Part shown: positions 23,357 to 33,682 of the stretch, one piece after another
Layout of the letters: each line of letters starts with the position of its first letter
Position numbering within the stretch: the stretch's first letter is position 1
Assembly (NCBI RefSeq): GCF_041146345.1
Contig: NW_027191410.1
Span: 620,001 to 684,000 of the forward strand
DNA from: Neodothiora populina
Taxonomy: Eukaryota
DNA: 64,000 bases
Direction of reading: 5' to 3'
Program-made: the position numbers and the translations under genes
The notes under the pieces: model-generated
Database searches by the model: none
What the model saw: the letters and a program-made list of their open reading frames with translations, nothing else
What the model was told of the DNA's origin: nothing

Positions 23357-26300
23357 TCAAACGTTGCCAATCACAATCATGAACCTGAGTTTCCCATCCT
23401 TCTTGACCACACTTCCTTTTCTCATCCCTGCTCCTGCAAGTCCTCCTCCTTCAGCCCCTGCTCCTGTCTGGCCTAGGCCTCCTCCTACGCTCCCACCTCC
23501 ATCAGACGAACCGCTGCCCCCACCAGCCAAAGGCAAGTCCATATCATCGTTTCCGTCATCGGACATTATCCCATCGTCCAACATCAGCGTGCTCGACTTC
23601 CAGCCCCAGCTCTGCGAGAAATTGAACGTGTCGGGCGCGCTCTCGTACACGCTGAGCATGCGGCCGCCTTTGCTCGGCGAGTAGATCTTGAAGTATGTGC
23701 GGATGGTCGGACGGCCGTCCATGTAAGGTGGCAGCGTGGGGACGTGATGAGCTCGTGTGAGGCGCAGGAGTTCTGGGTCTTCGGTTTCGTCGTCTTCGTC
23801 GTCGTCGGCGTAGAGGGTTGCGTCGTCGGCAAAATCTCTGGTTCCTGATCCTGCTGCTGTCGCACCTGTCGATGACCTCTCTGCTGCCGTCTGGCTGGTT
23901 TTTCTGCCGAGCGTCGACGCTCTCGAGGCGCTGCTGTCTGCTATCATCGTCTCGGGGTCTGCGCTGCCACTGCTGTCGCCGCCGTCCGCTTCCATCTCGC
24001 CTTCGTAAGCACCATGACGGGCAATCGTACCACGTCTGCCATCGACGCCTCGACCGGTTCTCATCAGCATCTCTCGTTCCAGCTGTCCGATTCGCTCGTC
24101 CACGCTGCTCTGTCTCAGGCCTGTCGCGCCGCCTGCTATGACCTCGGCTGCTTCGCGCTCTTTGGCGCGGTGCAGGTACACACCTAGCTGTGGGTTCTTG
24201 CCACGCCGCACCTTTTGCACGTAGACGTTCCAGAAACTGCCCATATAGAAAACTGTCTGGCTGTATACTCGCTTCCTTTCTTTCAGCACGCGGGGGTTCG
24301 GGAACTCGGCCGCAAATCTGAACGGTGGGAAATGCGTGTAAGCTATGGGTCGCATTTCGCTGGCGTCACCGCCAACGGTCGAGCCTGGGCGGAGAGTCGT
24401 TCCGCTGAGTCGTTTATCTATAGTGTTGGCTGCAAAGTCAGAGGCCCATTGCACGTCCTCTGGATGTATCGTCGCAGACAAACGAGATGTGTGGTTCTGT
24501 AAGGCGCCAGAGGACGAAGTGGCTATGACTGGATCCGCATTCCCACCCATGACGATGTTGCAATCGGATGAGGGAATCCAGAATTTGCGCGCCTTGCCGT
24601 TTTGATCCCAGCTGTCGGATGGAATGTCCTCGTTGGTGGTATTGTTGGCCCAGCTCGGTTCACCGGCTTTGTTCTTGCCTTGACTGGGGCTCATCGCGTC
24701 CGTGCTAGCAATGCCGGTCTCCCAGGTCACAGTAGTCGGGTCTTGCCAGTCCTCGGCCGGCTGACTCAGTCCAAGTTCCATCTGAGAGTCGTGGGCGTTC
24801 AAGACTTTCTGGCGCAGCTCCATCTGCATCCAGAGAGCATTTGATATTATGCGTTCGGGTAAGATAGGTAAGCCGAGTGCATCGCGTGCGCTGCGTATGT
24901 ACTGTAGCTGCTCGAACGGCAGATGCACGTAATGGATGCCCTCGTCCAACAACACAAGGATCGGCTCGATCTCGGGACTCGTGTAAAGCGTGATCCAGGG
25001 ATGCAGTACATCGGGTATGCCGCCAGCCGTAGTCATGGCATTCCTCCGATAAACATTGTCGAAGCGCACGGCCATCAAGTTGGTTGCGTCCGGGGCTTTG
25101 GCTACTCTGTTCCGCGATTTGGGATCGACCAGTCCTGCTGCAAGAGCGAGGCTCTTCAGTCGTCGATCCAGTATGCGCTTGGCAAGCACCCAGCGGCTCC
25201 ATTCTCCGTCGATGAAGAAGCCATCGCCACCAACGATTTCTCGTACTATGTCTCCCGGGATGCCATCCCATAGGCTCAAGGGCATCTTCCAACCATCACG
25301 ACACAACATGGCCTTGGCTGAAGCAAGGATCTTGTCTCCAGATCGACCGTAGTAGTTGCCCGTCACCAGTCTAATCAACGGGCTGAGGGTTTCGGCGGAC
25401 ATTTGACGCAACATGGACTCGATGCTGGAGTCGACGAGATCGGGCATTTCTAGCCAGCAACCGGTAGCGAATAGAGCTGGAGCCTCGGCGTCCTCCTGCA
25501 ACGTGTTAGCTGAGAGTCGGCGAAAGGGAGTGACATGTGGAAGGGTGGGTGGCCTTACTTCATCTGGATTACCAGCACCATAAAGCCTCTTCAAAGCAAG
25601 CTCGAACGCGGTCTGTGTGATGTTGCCATCTATGTCTGAGGGATCAATAGTCATCTCTCTTGCGTTACTCTCGAGCCAGGGGCCAGACAAGGCTGAAGCG
25701 AAGAACGGAGCACGGTCGAGCAAGATACGGTGTAGTTTGTAAGGGTAGCCGAAAGCATGGACGGTGATATCGGAATGGCGACCACCAAGGAGACCCCTGG
25801 TATAGAGGTGCTCCGGAAGCGGGACGTTCTCGCCGGTGACAGCTTTAGAGGATCAGCAAGGTGCTCAAAAGGAGAAGACAAAGGAGTAAGACATACATCT
25901 CCGTGGCTTGGGACTGGATCGCGGGTCATGCATGTAATCCCTGCTGTCTGTGGGAGAAGTGGCCGCCTTGACAGCAAAGAGCCGACTCAAGGTGGTGAGG
26001 GTGCTCGACTGGTTGCGACTGTGAGTTGCACGACCGGGACGAGAGGACTCGGCCTGTGTTGGATCGTCTACATCTTTTTCGACCCGCGGTAAGCGTCTGC
26101 GGTTCGCCGTGGCACGAACTCGGTCATCTTCCAACTGGGCAGGACGCCAGTCCTCGGGTGAGGAATCGAGAGAAGCCAGGTTGGCCGAGATATTGGGAGG
26201 GGTACGAGCAAGATAATCTCCAGTGGTCTGCCTCGGACGCTCGGGGATGGGCAGAGGAGGAGTGGTCGCAGATGTGAAGCGTGAGGGAGAAGTAGGCGAG

Positions 26301-26473
26301 GCGAAGAGAGAAAGACGCGAGCTTCCTTCAGGATTCGGTGGATTATGAGATGAAGAAGAAGCAGAGGCAGCAGCATCAAAATTCCATGTGGAAGCATTTG
26401 AAGCGTTCAAAGGCCAGATGGGATCTCGAGCATGCTGTGACGAAGGTGGGACTGGTACGTCAGACCGGTCCAT
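23357..26473 (-). CDS. BTB/POZ-domain protein (fungal germ-cell-less/Btb2-like), 3 exons
   Basis: After intron ~25857-25895 the frame reads HSDITVHAFGYPYKLHRILLDRAPFFASALSGPW (BTB start); C-terminal PPFRFAAEF, FYMGSFWNVYVQK, FNFSQSWGWKSS, LRFMIVIGNV. Confidence 0.78.
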
Positions 26474-27563
26474 GATACCTAAAGATACCAGATCTGTTCA
26501 AGACAGACAGGCACGCAGAGGAACGGCGGGGCAGATATGGAGGGGGGCGAAAAGCGGTGGCATGCCGCAATGGTCACACAACTACCTCATCAAGCATACA
26601 AAGGTAAAGATAGTCTTTACAGAGAAGCGGCTCGTGACCACAAGAAGCCTATCAGGGTGTATCACTCCCAAGTGAGATCTTGATAAAGACAAGATAGGAC
26701 GCCTCGAGACCAATCGGCGAATACGCGAAGCAACGTACTGTACAGTAGTGCGGTGTACTTGAGTACAGGGTACGCTTTAAAGGTGCACGATACCCAGACA
26801 AGACGGCAGGCTACGTACGGTATGCGGAGATAGTCGTACTTGCTCAGATGGGTCTGGGGTACAGCTCTGTACAAGGCAGATGGAAGAATGGAAGAGTACC
26901 TTGAGGTACCGTCAAATGGTGCTCGCGCGATACAGGGATGCTTCGGCGGGCTGGGTGTATGGATAATGGCTCCGTCACCGACGATGAGCGGGACTGTGTC
27001 CGAGTGCGCGCGCGCCGTGACTTTGCCAGACGGCTGACCGGGGGGCAAGAGATTAGAAGGACAAAAGACGACAAGAAGAGATCATGTGCTTAAGAAAGGT
27101 AAGGTAGACACTGTCAAGACACTGTCAAGATAAAAGTAGAAGAAAGCCGAGGACCCTGACGTATGAGGTTCGAAGCTTGAGCCATGAGACAAAGCGGGCG
27201 TTGAGTGGGTCATTCGCGGAAAGAAACCGTTTTTCTTCGAGCAAGTAGGGCCCGATCAAGGAATCCAGCCTGCCGAATGATACAAGTATAAGATTTTAAC
27301 GAATGACTCGAACTTTTCAGATGGCGAAGAAACCCCTTTGAAACTCGGCGTCGTCGGTATACGGCAACACAAGCCAGAGAATAGAGGCTGAACCACGCCA
27401 CTTCCCCAGATCCAACGACAATGGACTATTCCAAATCCGATATAGAGGGAAATTGCTGACCTAAAGCACTCGTATACCACGACAATCAAACTCCGATTCC
27501 GTTGCATTGCCTCTCTTTTTTCTCTTCCTTTTCATATGCAATCGAGTGTACAATAGAGCAGGC

Positions 27564-29176
27564 ATGATGCAGCCAGCGTCAAGTGTCTTCCGCCTGCTGC
27601 GGCAGACAGTCCCAAGGCTCGGCCAGGACGCCACCTTTGTGTGTCGTAGATGTGTACAGAGTCAAGCATCGCTTAAACAGACCCCGACGACGGTATACAA
27701 GTCTACCAAGCAGACTCCCTTCCTCCAGGCCTTCCGTTCGCCGTCACACCCGACATCAATTGGTCTCCGACACAACTCGACTTCTCCCTCACTGAGTCAA
27801 GTCGGCCAGGCACTTGGAAAGGCAGGCGCTGAGCAATCCGCGAAGAAGTCATTCTTGCCCGAGACCAGCTCCAAGTCTGTGGCATATTTCCTGCTCGGCA
27901 GCGCTGCAAGTGTCTTCGGTATAGTTGTATTTGGTGGTCTCACACGATTGACAGAATCTGGGTATGTGGCTACTGCTACCACTACTACTTGCAAGCATGA
28001 ACTGCAGGAGAATATCTGACTCATTCTTGTAGTCTGAGCATCACGGAATGGCGCCCTGTCACAGGATCATTGCCACCCACAACCACGGAGAAATGGGAAG
28101 CCGAGTTCGCGCTATACCGCGCATCGCCTGAGTTCAAGCTACTGAACTCCCGGATGGACCTGGAAGAATTCAAGCAAATCTACTGGATGGAATGGATACA
28201 CAGACTATGGGGACGTGTCGTCGGCATTTCCTTCCTGCTACCCACCATCTACTTTGTCTCACGTCGCCGCGTCTCTGCTCCGATGGCTCGCAATCTCACT
28301 GCCATCTGCGGTCTGATTGCCTTCCAGGGTTTCATCGGTTGGTGGATGGTCAAGAGTGGTCTCAAGGATGACTTGTTTGCTCCCGGCAGCCACCCTCGCG
28401 TCAGTCAATACCGCCTCGCCGCCCATCTAGGCACTGCCTTTGTGTGCTACCTGGCCATGGTATGGAACGGCATCTCCATCCTCCGTGAGCACCGCCTGCT
28501 AGCCAACCCCGCCGAATCGCAGAAGCTCCTCGCCCAGATCTCCCGACCACGCCTGAGATTCTTCCGCGGCAGCGTCGCCGCCCTCTGCGCCCTCGTCTTC
28601 GTGACAGCCATGTCCGGCGCTCTCGTTGCGGGTCTGGACGCCGGCCTCATCTACAACGAGTTTCCCTACATGGGCCTAGGACTGACGCCACCCAAGGCCG
28701 AGCTCTTCGACAAATTCTACAGCCACACGCCAGACAACTCCGACCTCTGGTGGCGCAACATGCTAGAGAACCCATCGCTCGTGCAGCTCGACCACCGAAT
28801 CCTAGCCACGACAACATTCACCTCCGTCATCGCCCTGTTCGCCTACGCGCGCTTGAACCCGTCCATGCGCGCCCTGCTGACCCGCGACGCGCAGAAAGGC
28901 GTTTTGGGCCTTGTGCATCTCGCCTCCATCCAAGTCATCCTGGGCATCAGCGCTCTGATCTACTTCATCCCGACCCCTGTCGCCTCAGCGCATCAAGCGG
29001 GCGCTCTGGCTCTGCTCACGGGCGCCACGGTGCTAGGACGCCGCGTGTGGATCTCGAAGAGAGCAGCCAAGCTTGTCGCGAAGAGATTATCCTCATCTGC
29101 GGCTCCGCTGCGTTCGAGTCCGCTGTCTAGAGGCCCGGACGCCATGTTGCGCGCGCAGACTGGTCTCGCTAACTAA
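27564..29176 (+). CDS. COX15: Heme A synthase, mitochondrial, 2 exons
   Basis: Presequence-like N-terminus; VFGGLTRLTESG|LSITEWRPVTG, FKQIYWMEWIHRLWGR, GWWMVKSGL, PRVSQYRLAAHLG, GLDAGLIYNEFP, QLDHR, ASAHQAGAL. Confidence 0.96.
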
Positions 29177-30578
29177 GCGAGCGAGCTAGCTAGTTATTGA
29201 AGGACCATGCCCCCTCCTCCTCTCTGTCTCATCTTTTTTCTTTCTACTGTATTGTATGTATATATATATACCTCGATAAATCAAACATGAAATGTTCGAA
29301 CACTGCCCTTTTCCTTCCCCTCTCCCCTGTGTTTCTAGGTCAGTAATGCTCAAAAGGCGTATAACGATTCCAACAGAGGTTATGAGACGCGTGCTGTACA
29401 CCTTATTCTTTGCAATCTCCATGGGTCAAGTAGATGGAGGGGAGGGTTCCTGGAGTACCTCATATCTAGATCGACAAGATAGATTCGTGTCGCTGTTATG
29501 TGTACTCTTCTGCTTTTTCTGCTGTTTACTTACTCGCAATGCTTGCTTGCATTCTTGCTTGATCTGGTAAATATATTTATAGATTGTATACCTGTTGATG
29601 ATCGCGTTATATACCTTTTAATGATGGCGTAACGTACCTTAGCTGTTCCAGTCTGTCAGCATGTTGAGGTGCTCATTGCATTCGTCTTGTCCGTCCAGGT
29701 ACAACTGTCTATCCATCCATCCATCCGTTCGTTCCTTCTAGAAATAACCACTGCAGAGCAGGAACTCACATGTCCAACTGTCACAGCCCTCCATCCACTT
29801 TTCTTTACCTTGCCTTGCCTTGCGTCACTTTGCTTTGCCCTACCCTTACCTTACCTTACCTTGAGCTGGAGTATTGACGCCCAAGAATCCTCGCAATGAA
29901 AGACCAGAGACATTTTTTTTAAAAGGGCAATACCAGGAAGCTGTCTAATCTCGCAAGACTACCACTAGAAGCCAGAGCAACAAGAGCAACAAGCAACAAC
30001 AGTGAAAAAGCTCTGACCCCTTTGCTTTTTCCTTTCCAAAACAGCAAGAAGAAACGGTTTAGTCGCATCCGACCATCCATCCATCAAGATATCCAACACC
30101 AAAAAAGACGAGAAAAAAGAGAAGGTGATATCCACATCCTAGATGTTCCTCCATCCCAAAGTAGAAGAGCGACAGACAAGAAAAAATTCCCCGAAATGAA
30201 AGACCCATATCCATCTCCTCGTCCTCCAACCCTCCGTCTCCTCTCCCAACTCTCTTGTGCCAGCTACAAACCCGCCGGTTAAGGCAAGGCAAGCTAAGCG
30301 CACAAGTCCACGAGAAACGCGAGACAAGATGATGAAGAGTGATGAGGAAGTCAAGGCCGGCACCAGCTGCAAACCCTTGCGGGTAAGCTATTACTCACGA
30401 CCAAAACTCCTCAACACTCGACAACACCCTTCTCGACTCAGTGAATGTGAAAGAAGAAATGGAAAAGAAAGTCCTGTTGGATTTACTTAATGGTGATGAT
30501 GATGATTGATGAGCCTCTGCTCTTGACGTATGGTGGGAAAAAGAAAAAGGCTGTTGGAAAAAAAAGTGTGTGAAGGAG

Positions 30579-30721
30579 GACAGTCGAGCCCGCAAGAGGC
30601 ACTGTCGAATTGGCCCAAACCCGCAAGAGGCGCCAGTGTTGTTGTGATGTTCCCCGATGACGATCAAGCCCGCAGGAGGCATCGTGTCTGACATGACAGT
30701 CAAGCCCGCAAGAGGCACCGT
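30579..30721 (-). repeat. Array of four bulged stem-loops, core GCC-UCYUGCG-GGY on the minus strand, in the probable 3'UTR of the Ppc89-like gene
   Basis: Plus-strand copies at 30579-30606, 30611-30635, 30660-30685, 30696-30721 share CCCGCARGAGGC; flanking stems differ in sequence but stay complementary. Confidence 0.8.
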
Positions 30722-31062
30722 ACTTTGTGTTGTTGTTGTTGTTATTGTTATGTCCGAGCAGGTGGTGACAGCTCCATGGTGCCGTAAACTGAAGCAATTG
30801 CTTGAAAAGTTCTCAAAAGCGCCGACCCAAATATGCCAGAGCAGTGCGTGGACTGATGGTTGAGAATGCTTAGGTAGGGGAACAGAGCCCTCAGAAGTGC
30901 CCGATCCAATGACCAGTAACCCAAAACCGCCAAAGAAAAAAAGAACCAAAAACTCCGTACCGTAAGCCGCTGGTTCGATAATGCGAAGACCAGGGAAGAA
31001 AACATTCATAGGGTATAGAGCGGAAAACAAGTGGTCGTAGGTATCGTGACATCATTGATGAT

Positions 31063-31818
31063 TTAGAAGAAGGTGGACATGTACTGTCCCTTCTGCTTGA
31101 GAGGAGAGCGAGCACTTACTGTCACCATGGGAGCTGCTGGGAGCTGGGGGACACACTGAGAGACGACGGCAGCGCGTCGAACGCGAGGTCTGGTGCGGTG
31201 AGTGTTGCTGTCTCTTGGGACGGTGTTGTCCTTGACATCACGTGCGACACGAGGTCTTGTCCTTGGGATGGTAATGTCCTGGGCAGAGACCTTGGCGCTA
31301 GCCTCGCGATAGTCATGAGGACGAGTGCGGGTAATGGAGATATCCTGAGCAGCGACCTTGGTGCTGGCTGCACGGAAGTCATGAGGACGAGTGCGAGCGA
31401 TGGAGATCTGCTGGGCAGGAACCTTGGAGCTGGCCTCGCGCAGGTCACGAGGACGGGTGCGGGCAATAGCGATGGCAGATGGCGAACAGTTGCCACTGAC
31501 ATCGCGTGCAGAGCCATGGATGGTCTTGGGGACCGGGGAGACGAGCTTCTCAACCTCGGCAAGTCTGCGTGGAGTGTACTCATTGCTGGAGTCGAATACA
31601 CCAGTGAAGTTGGTGTTGTCGACAAGGTAGGCTTCCTGACCGAAGTCGCTCATGCCAGTCATGTCGCTATCTTGGGTGATGTCACTGACGCCGGTCATGC
31701 CCGACTGACGTGAGTCGATGCGGAACTCGGCGGTACCGCTGACGCGAGTAGGGAGGCCAGCGAGGTCCTGCTGGGCAGGTTCGCTGTCTTGGATGGAGGT
31801 GGGACGCTGATATGCATT
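31063..31818 (-). CDS. In-frame C-terminal extension of the Ppc89-like ORF beyond the TAG (251 codons, RTRP repeats); needs editing/readthrough, or is a pseudogenised tail or separate ORF from ATG 31698
   Basis: GGT GCA TAG AAT GCA TAT CAG CGT ... TCG GGC ATG ACC is open and in frame with listed ORF 31063..31698; codon bias (C/G-ending) matches the upstream part. Confidence 0.55.
   Translation of the reverse strand, partial: NAYQRPTSIQDSEPAQQDLAGLPTRVSGTAEFRIDSRQSGMTGVSDITQDSDMTGMSDFGQEAYLVDNTNFTGVFDSSNEYTPRRLAEVEKLVSPVPKTIHGSARDVSGNCSPSAIAIARTRPRDLREASSKVPAQQISIARTRPHDFRAASTKVAAQDISITRTRPHDYREASAKVSAQDITIPRTRPRVARDVKDNTVPRDSNTHRTRPRVRRAAVVSQCVPQLPAAPMVTVSARSPLKQKGQYMSTFF
31180..31475 (-). 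repeat. ~60-bp (20-aa) degenerate tandem repeat, five RTRP units
   Basis: IAIARTRPRDLREASSKVPAQQ/ISIARTRPHDFRAASTKVAAQD/ISITRTRPHDYREASAKVSAQD/ITIPRTRPRVARD.../NTHRTRPRVRR. Confidence 0.9.
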
Positions 31819-33522
31819 CTATGCACCGCTGTCGTCGATGACGCCGCTGAAGTCACTGATCTGACTGGGCTCATCGAGGCCGCTCAACTGAGTTGTGTCT
31901 CTGTCATAAGAGGCAGCAATGTCTTGAGTGCGGGTGTGCTGCGCGAGGCTCTGCTCGGTGAGGGTAGGTCTGCTGTCATTGATGGACAGGTTGGACGAGA
32001 TGGTGATGTCGGTGCCGGTAGAGACGACACGCTGGGACTGGCCGAGCTCAGAAACTCTGTGGGCCAAAGCCACGGGATCAATGCTGATCTTTTGCAGAGT
32101 GGTCTCGAGGTCTTCGGCGGTGCCCTTCTCCTGGCTGAGGATGACATCTTCGAGGTCGTACAGCTGCTGAGAGATGTAGCGAACCTTTTGCTGGAGACGA
32201 CCGATCTTCTTGTCGACACGAGTACGCTCTCTACGCGCACCGGTGGGCTCAAGCTGGCAAAGCTTCGACATGTTTGTCTGGAGCTGATCCTTGGCAGTGT
32301 TGTACTCGATCTCGAGGTTCTGCTTGATCTTGGACAAGGCAGCAGCGGGTGACTGCGATGGACGGACGGTGGCCATGGTGTCATCGATGGTGCCATCGAC
32401 AGAGTCGTTGAGAAAGCCCATGTGGGCAGTGACATCGTTGTTTGCAACGGCAGACCTCCGAGACTTGATGGTAATGTCAGGGAGCAGAAAGTCAGATGTC
32501 ATGCCTTCCTCGACGTGACGAGTGTCATGGCCGGCTGCGGACAGGGCCTCGGCCTCCTTCCTGGCCTCCTTCTTGGCCTGTTCACGACGAGCCTTGTCGG
32601 CGAGATGGAGAAGACGCTCTGGAGAGTCCTCGGGCAACATGGCAGCGAGCTGGTCAAGAGCAGGACCGGCAAAGTTGGTGCTGTGTTCAGAGTAGGAGAT
32701 GGCATCAGATGCACGAGGAGACTGGACGCGGACGCTCTTGGCCTTGTTGGCAAGGTAAGAGGCCTCGAGGCTCTTGCGGAGATGTGAAACGGCATCTTGC
32801 TCTGGCTTGGTGACGTTGGTCAGGTCGGCAGTGATGTCAAGAGGGTCTTCCTCGGTGGTCACAGTCTTGGATGGGCCGCGGTTGTTCTGCATCAGGCGCT
32901 GGGGAGACTTGCGAGCCTTTGCAGGAGAAGTCTTGGGCAGAGCCTTGAGCTCCTTGAGCGCTTCTTGTGCGGAAAGGGGAAGATTGAAGCTCTGCAGGTC
33001 GAGCTTGGTCGAGACTTGATTGTGTCGCTGGGTGTGGACCGAAGTCTGCGAGGCCTTGCGGCTCTCCTGAGCACTGCGGAGCTGAGCGCGAAGAACAGCG
33101 TTCTCGTTGAGTGCGTCGACAAGCTTGTCGGCGGTGGAACGCGTCAGACTCTGATAAGTCTCGCGCTGTTTCTGCTCCTTCTGGAGTTGTGCGGTGAGGC
33201 CGTTGATCTGGCTCTCGTATTGTTCGAGTTGTTCATATTGGCTGATGTTCTCTGACTCGAGCCTCAGGATCTTATTCTTGGCGGCAGTGAGGTTGGCGAA
33301 CAGGCTCTTCTCCTCGCGCGGGAGGTTGAGCGTCTTGACTCCGGGCTGAGTGATGGTGGCAGTGTGGCCAGTGGAAACAAAGCGTGTGGAGGCTTTGGCA
33401 TTGCGCGCCTTGCGGCCGCCAGAGACGAGTTCGGTGATGTTGTTGAGGTCAGGGAGGTTGAAGTCGCCGGTGACGGTGTTGCCAGCAGGCACGGCGAACC
33501 TCGAAGGCATGACGGTGGACAT
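31819..33522 (-). CDS. Ppc89/Cep57-like spindle-pole-body coiled-coil protein (divergent; 567 aa up to the TAG)
   Basis: Segments I recall from fungal Ppc89 homologues: FNLPDLNNITELVSG, EEKSLFANL..KILRLE, EEGMTSDFLLPDIT, and Cep57 microtubule-binding-like TVRPSQSPAAALSKIKQNLEIE...SQQLYDLEDV; family call from memory, no HMM run. Confidence 0.72.
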   Translation of the reverse strand: MSTVMPSRFAVPAGNTVTGDFNLPDLNNITELVSGGRKARNAKASTRFVSTGHTATITQPGVKTLNLPREEKSLFANLTAAKNKILRLESENISQYEQLEQYESQINGLTAQLQKEQKQRETYQSLTRSTADKLVDALNENAVLRAQLRSAQESRKASQTSVHTQRHNQVSTKLDLQSFNLPLSAQEALKELKALPKTSPAKARKSPQRLMQNNRGPSKTVTTEEDPLDITADLTNVTKPEQDAVSHLRKSLEASYLANKAKSVRVQSPRASDAISYSEHSTNFAGPALDQLAAMLPEDSPERLLHLADKARREQAKKEARKEAEALSAAGHDTRHVEEGMTSDFLLPDITIKSRRSAVANNDVTAHMGFLNDSVDGTIDDTMATVRPSQSPAAALSKIKQNLEIEYNTAKDQLQTNMSKLCQLEPTGARRERTRVDKKIGRLQQKVRYISQQLYDLEDVILSQEKGTAEDLETTLQKISIDPVALAHRVSELGQSQRVVSTGTDITISSNLSINDSRPTLTEQSLAQHTRTQDIAASYDRDTTQLSGLDEPSQISDFSGVIDDSGA

Positions 33523-33635
33523 GATGTTTTTTGACCTAGACTCTTGAAGAGCTTTTTGTCCAAGGTCGTTTCTTGTGGCAGGCAGAGAATCAGATCTCGC
33601 GCGAGCTGCCGAGAGTGGTATTTGGGTGCGGTATG

Positions 33636-33682
33636 GAGGCTTTCAGAGGCTTTCAGAGGCTTTCAGAGGCTTTCAGAGGCTT
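33636..33682. repeat. 10-bp tandem repeat (TTTCAGAGGC)x4 just upstream of the Ppc89-like ATG
   Basis: GAGGC followed by four perfect TTTCAGAGGC copies and TT. Confidence 0.95.

Noticed and set aside
30579..30721. CRISPR-like reading of the repeat-spacer pattern
   Set aside because: Eukaryotic context, ~13-nt conserved core, very irregular 4-24 nt spacers, no cas genes.
31063..31119. GTAAGT donor-like site near the end of the extension
   Set aside because: No nearby branch point plus AG acceptor found; left as unspliced.
31788..31826. Possible 39-nt frame-preserving intron (GTGCAT...CCAAG) that would remove the TAG
   Set aside because: Shorter than other introns here, weak donor, no CTRAC/CTAAT branch site, and the sequence reads as ordinary codons. 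Not fully excluded without RNA-seq.
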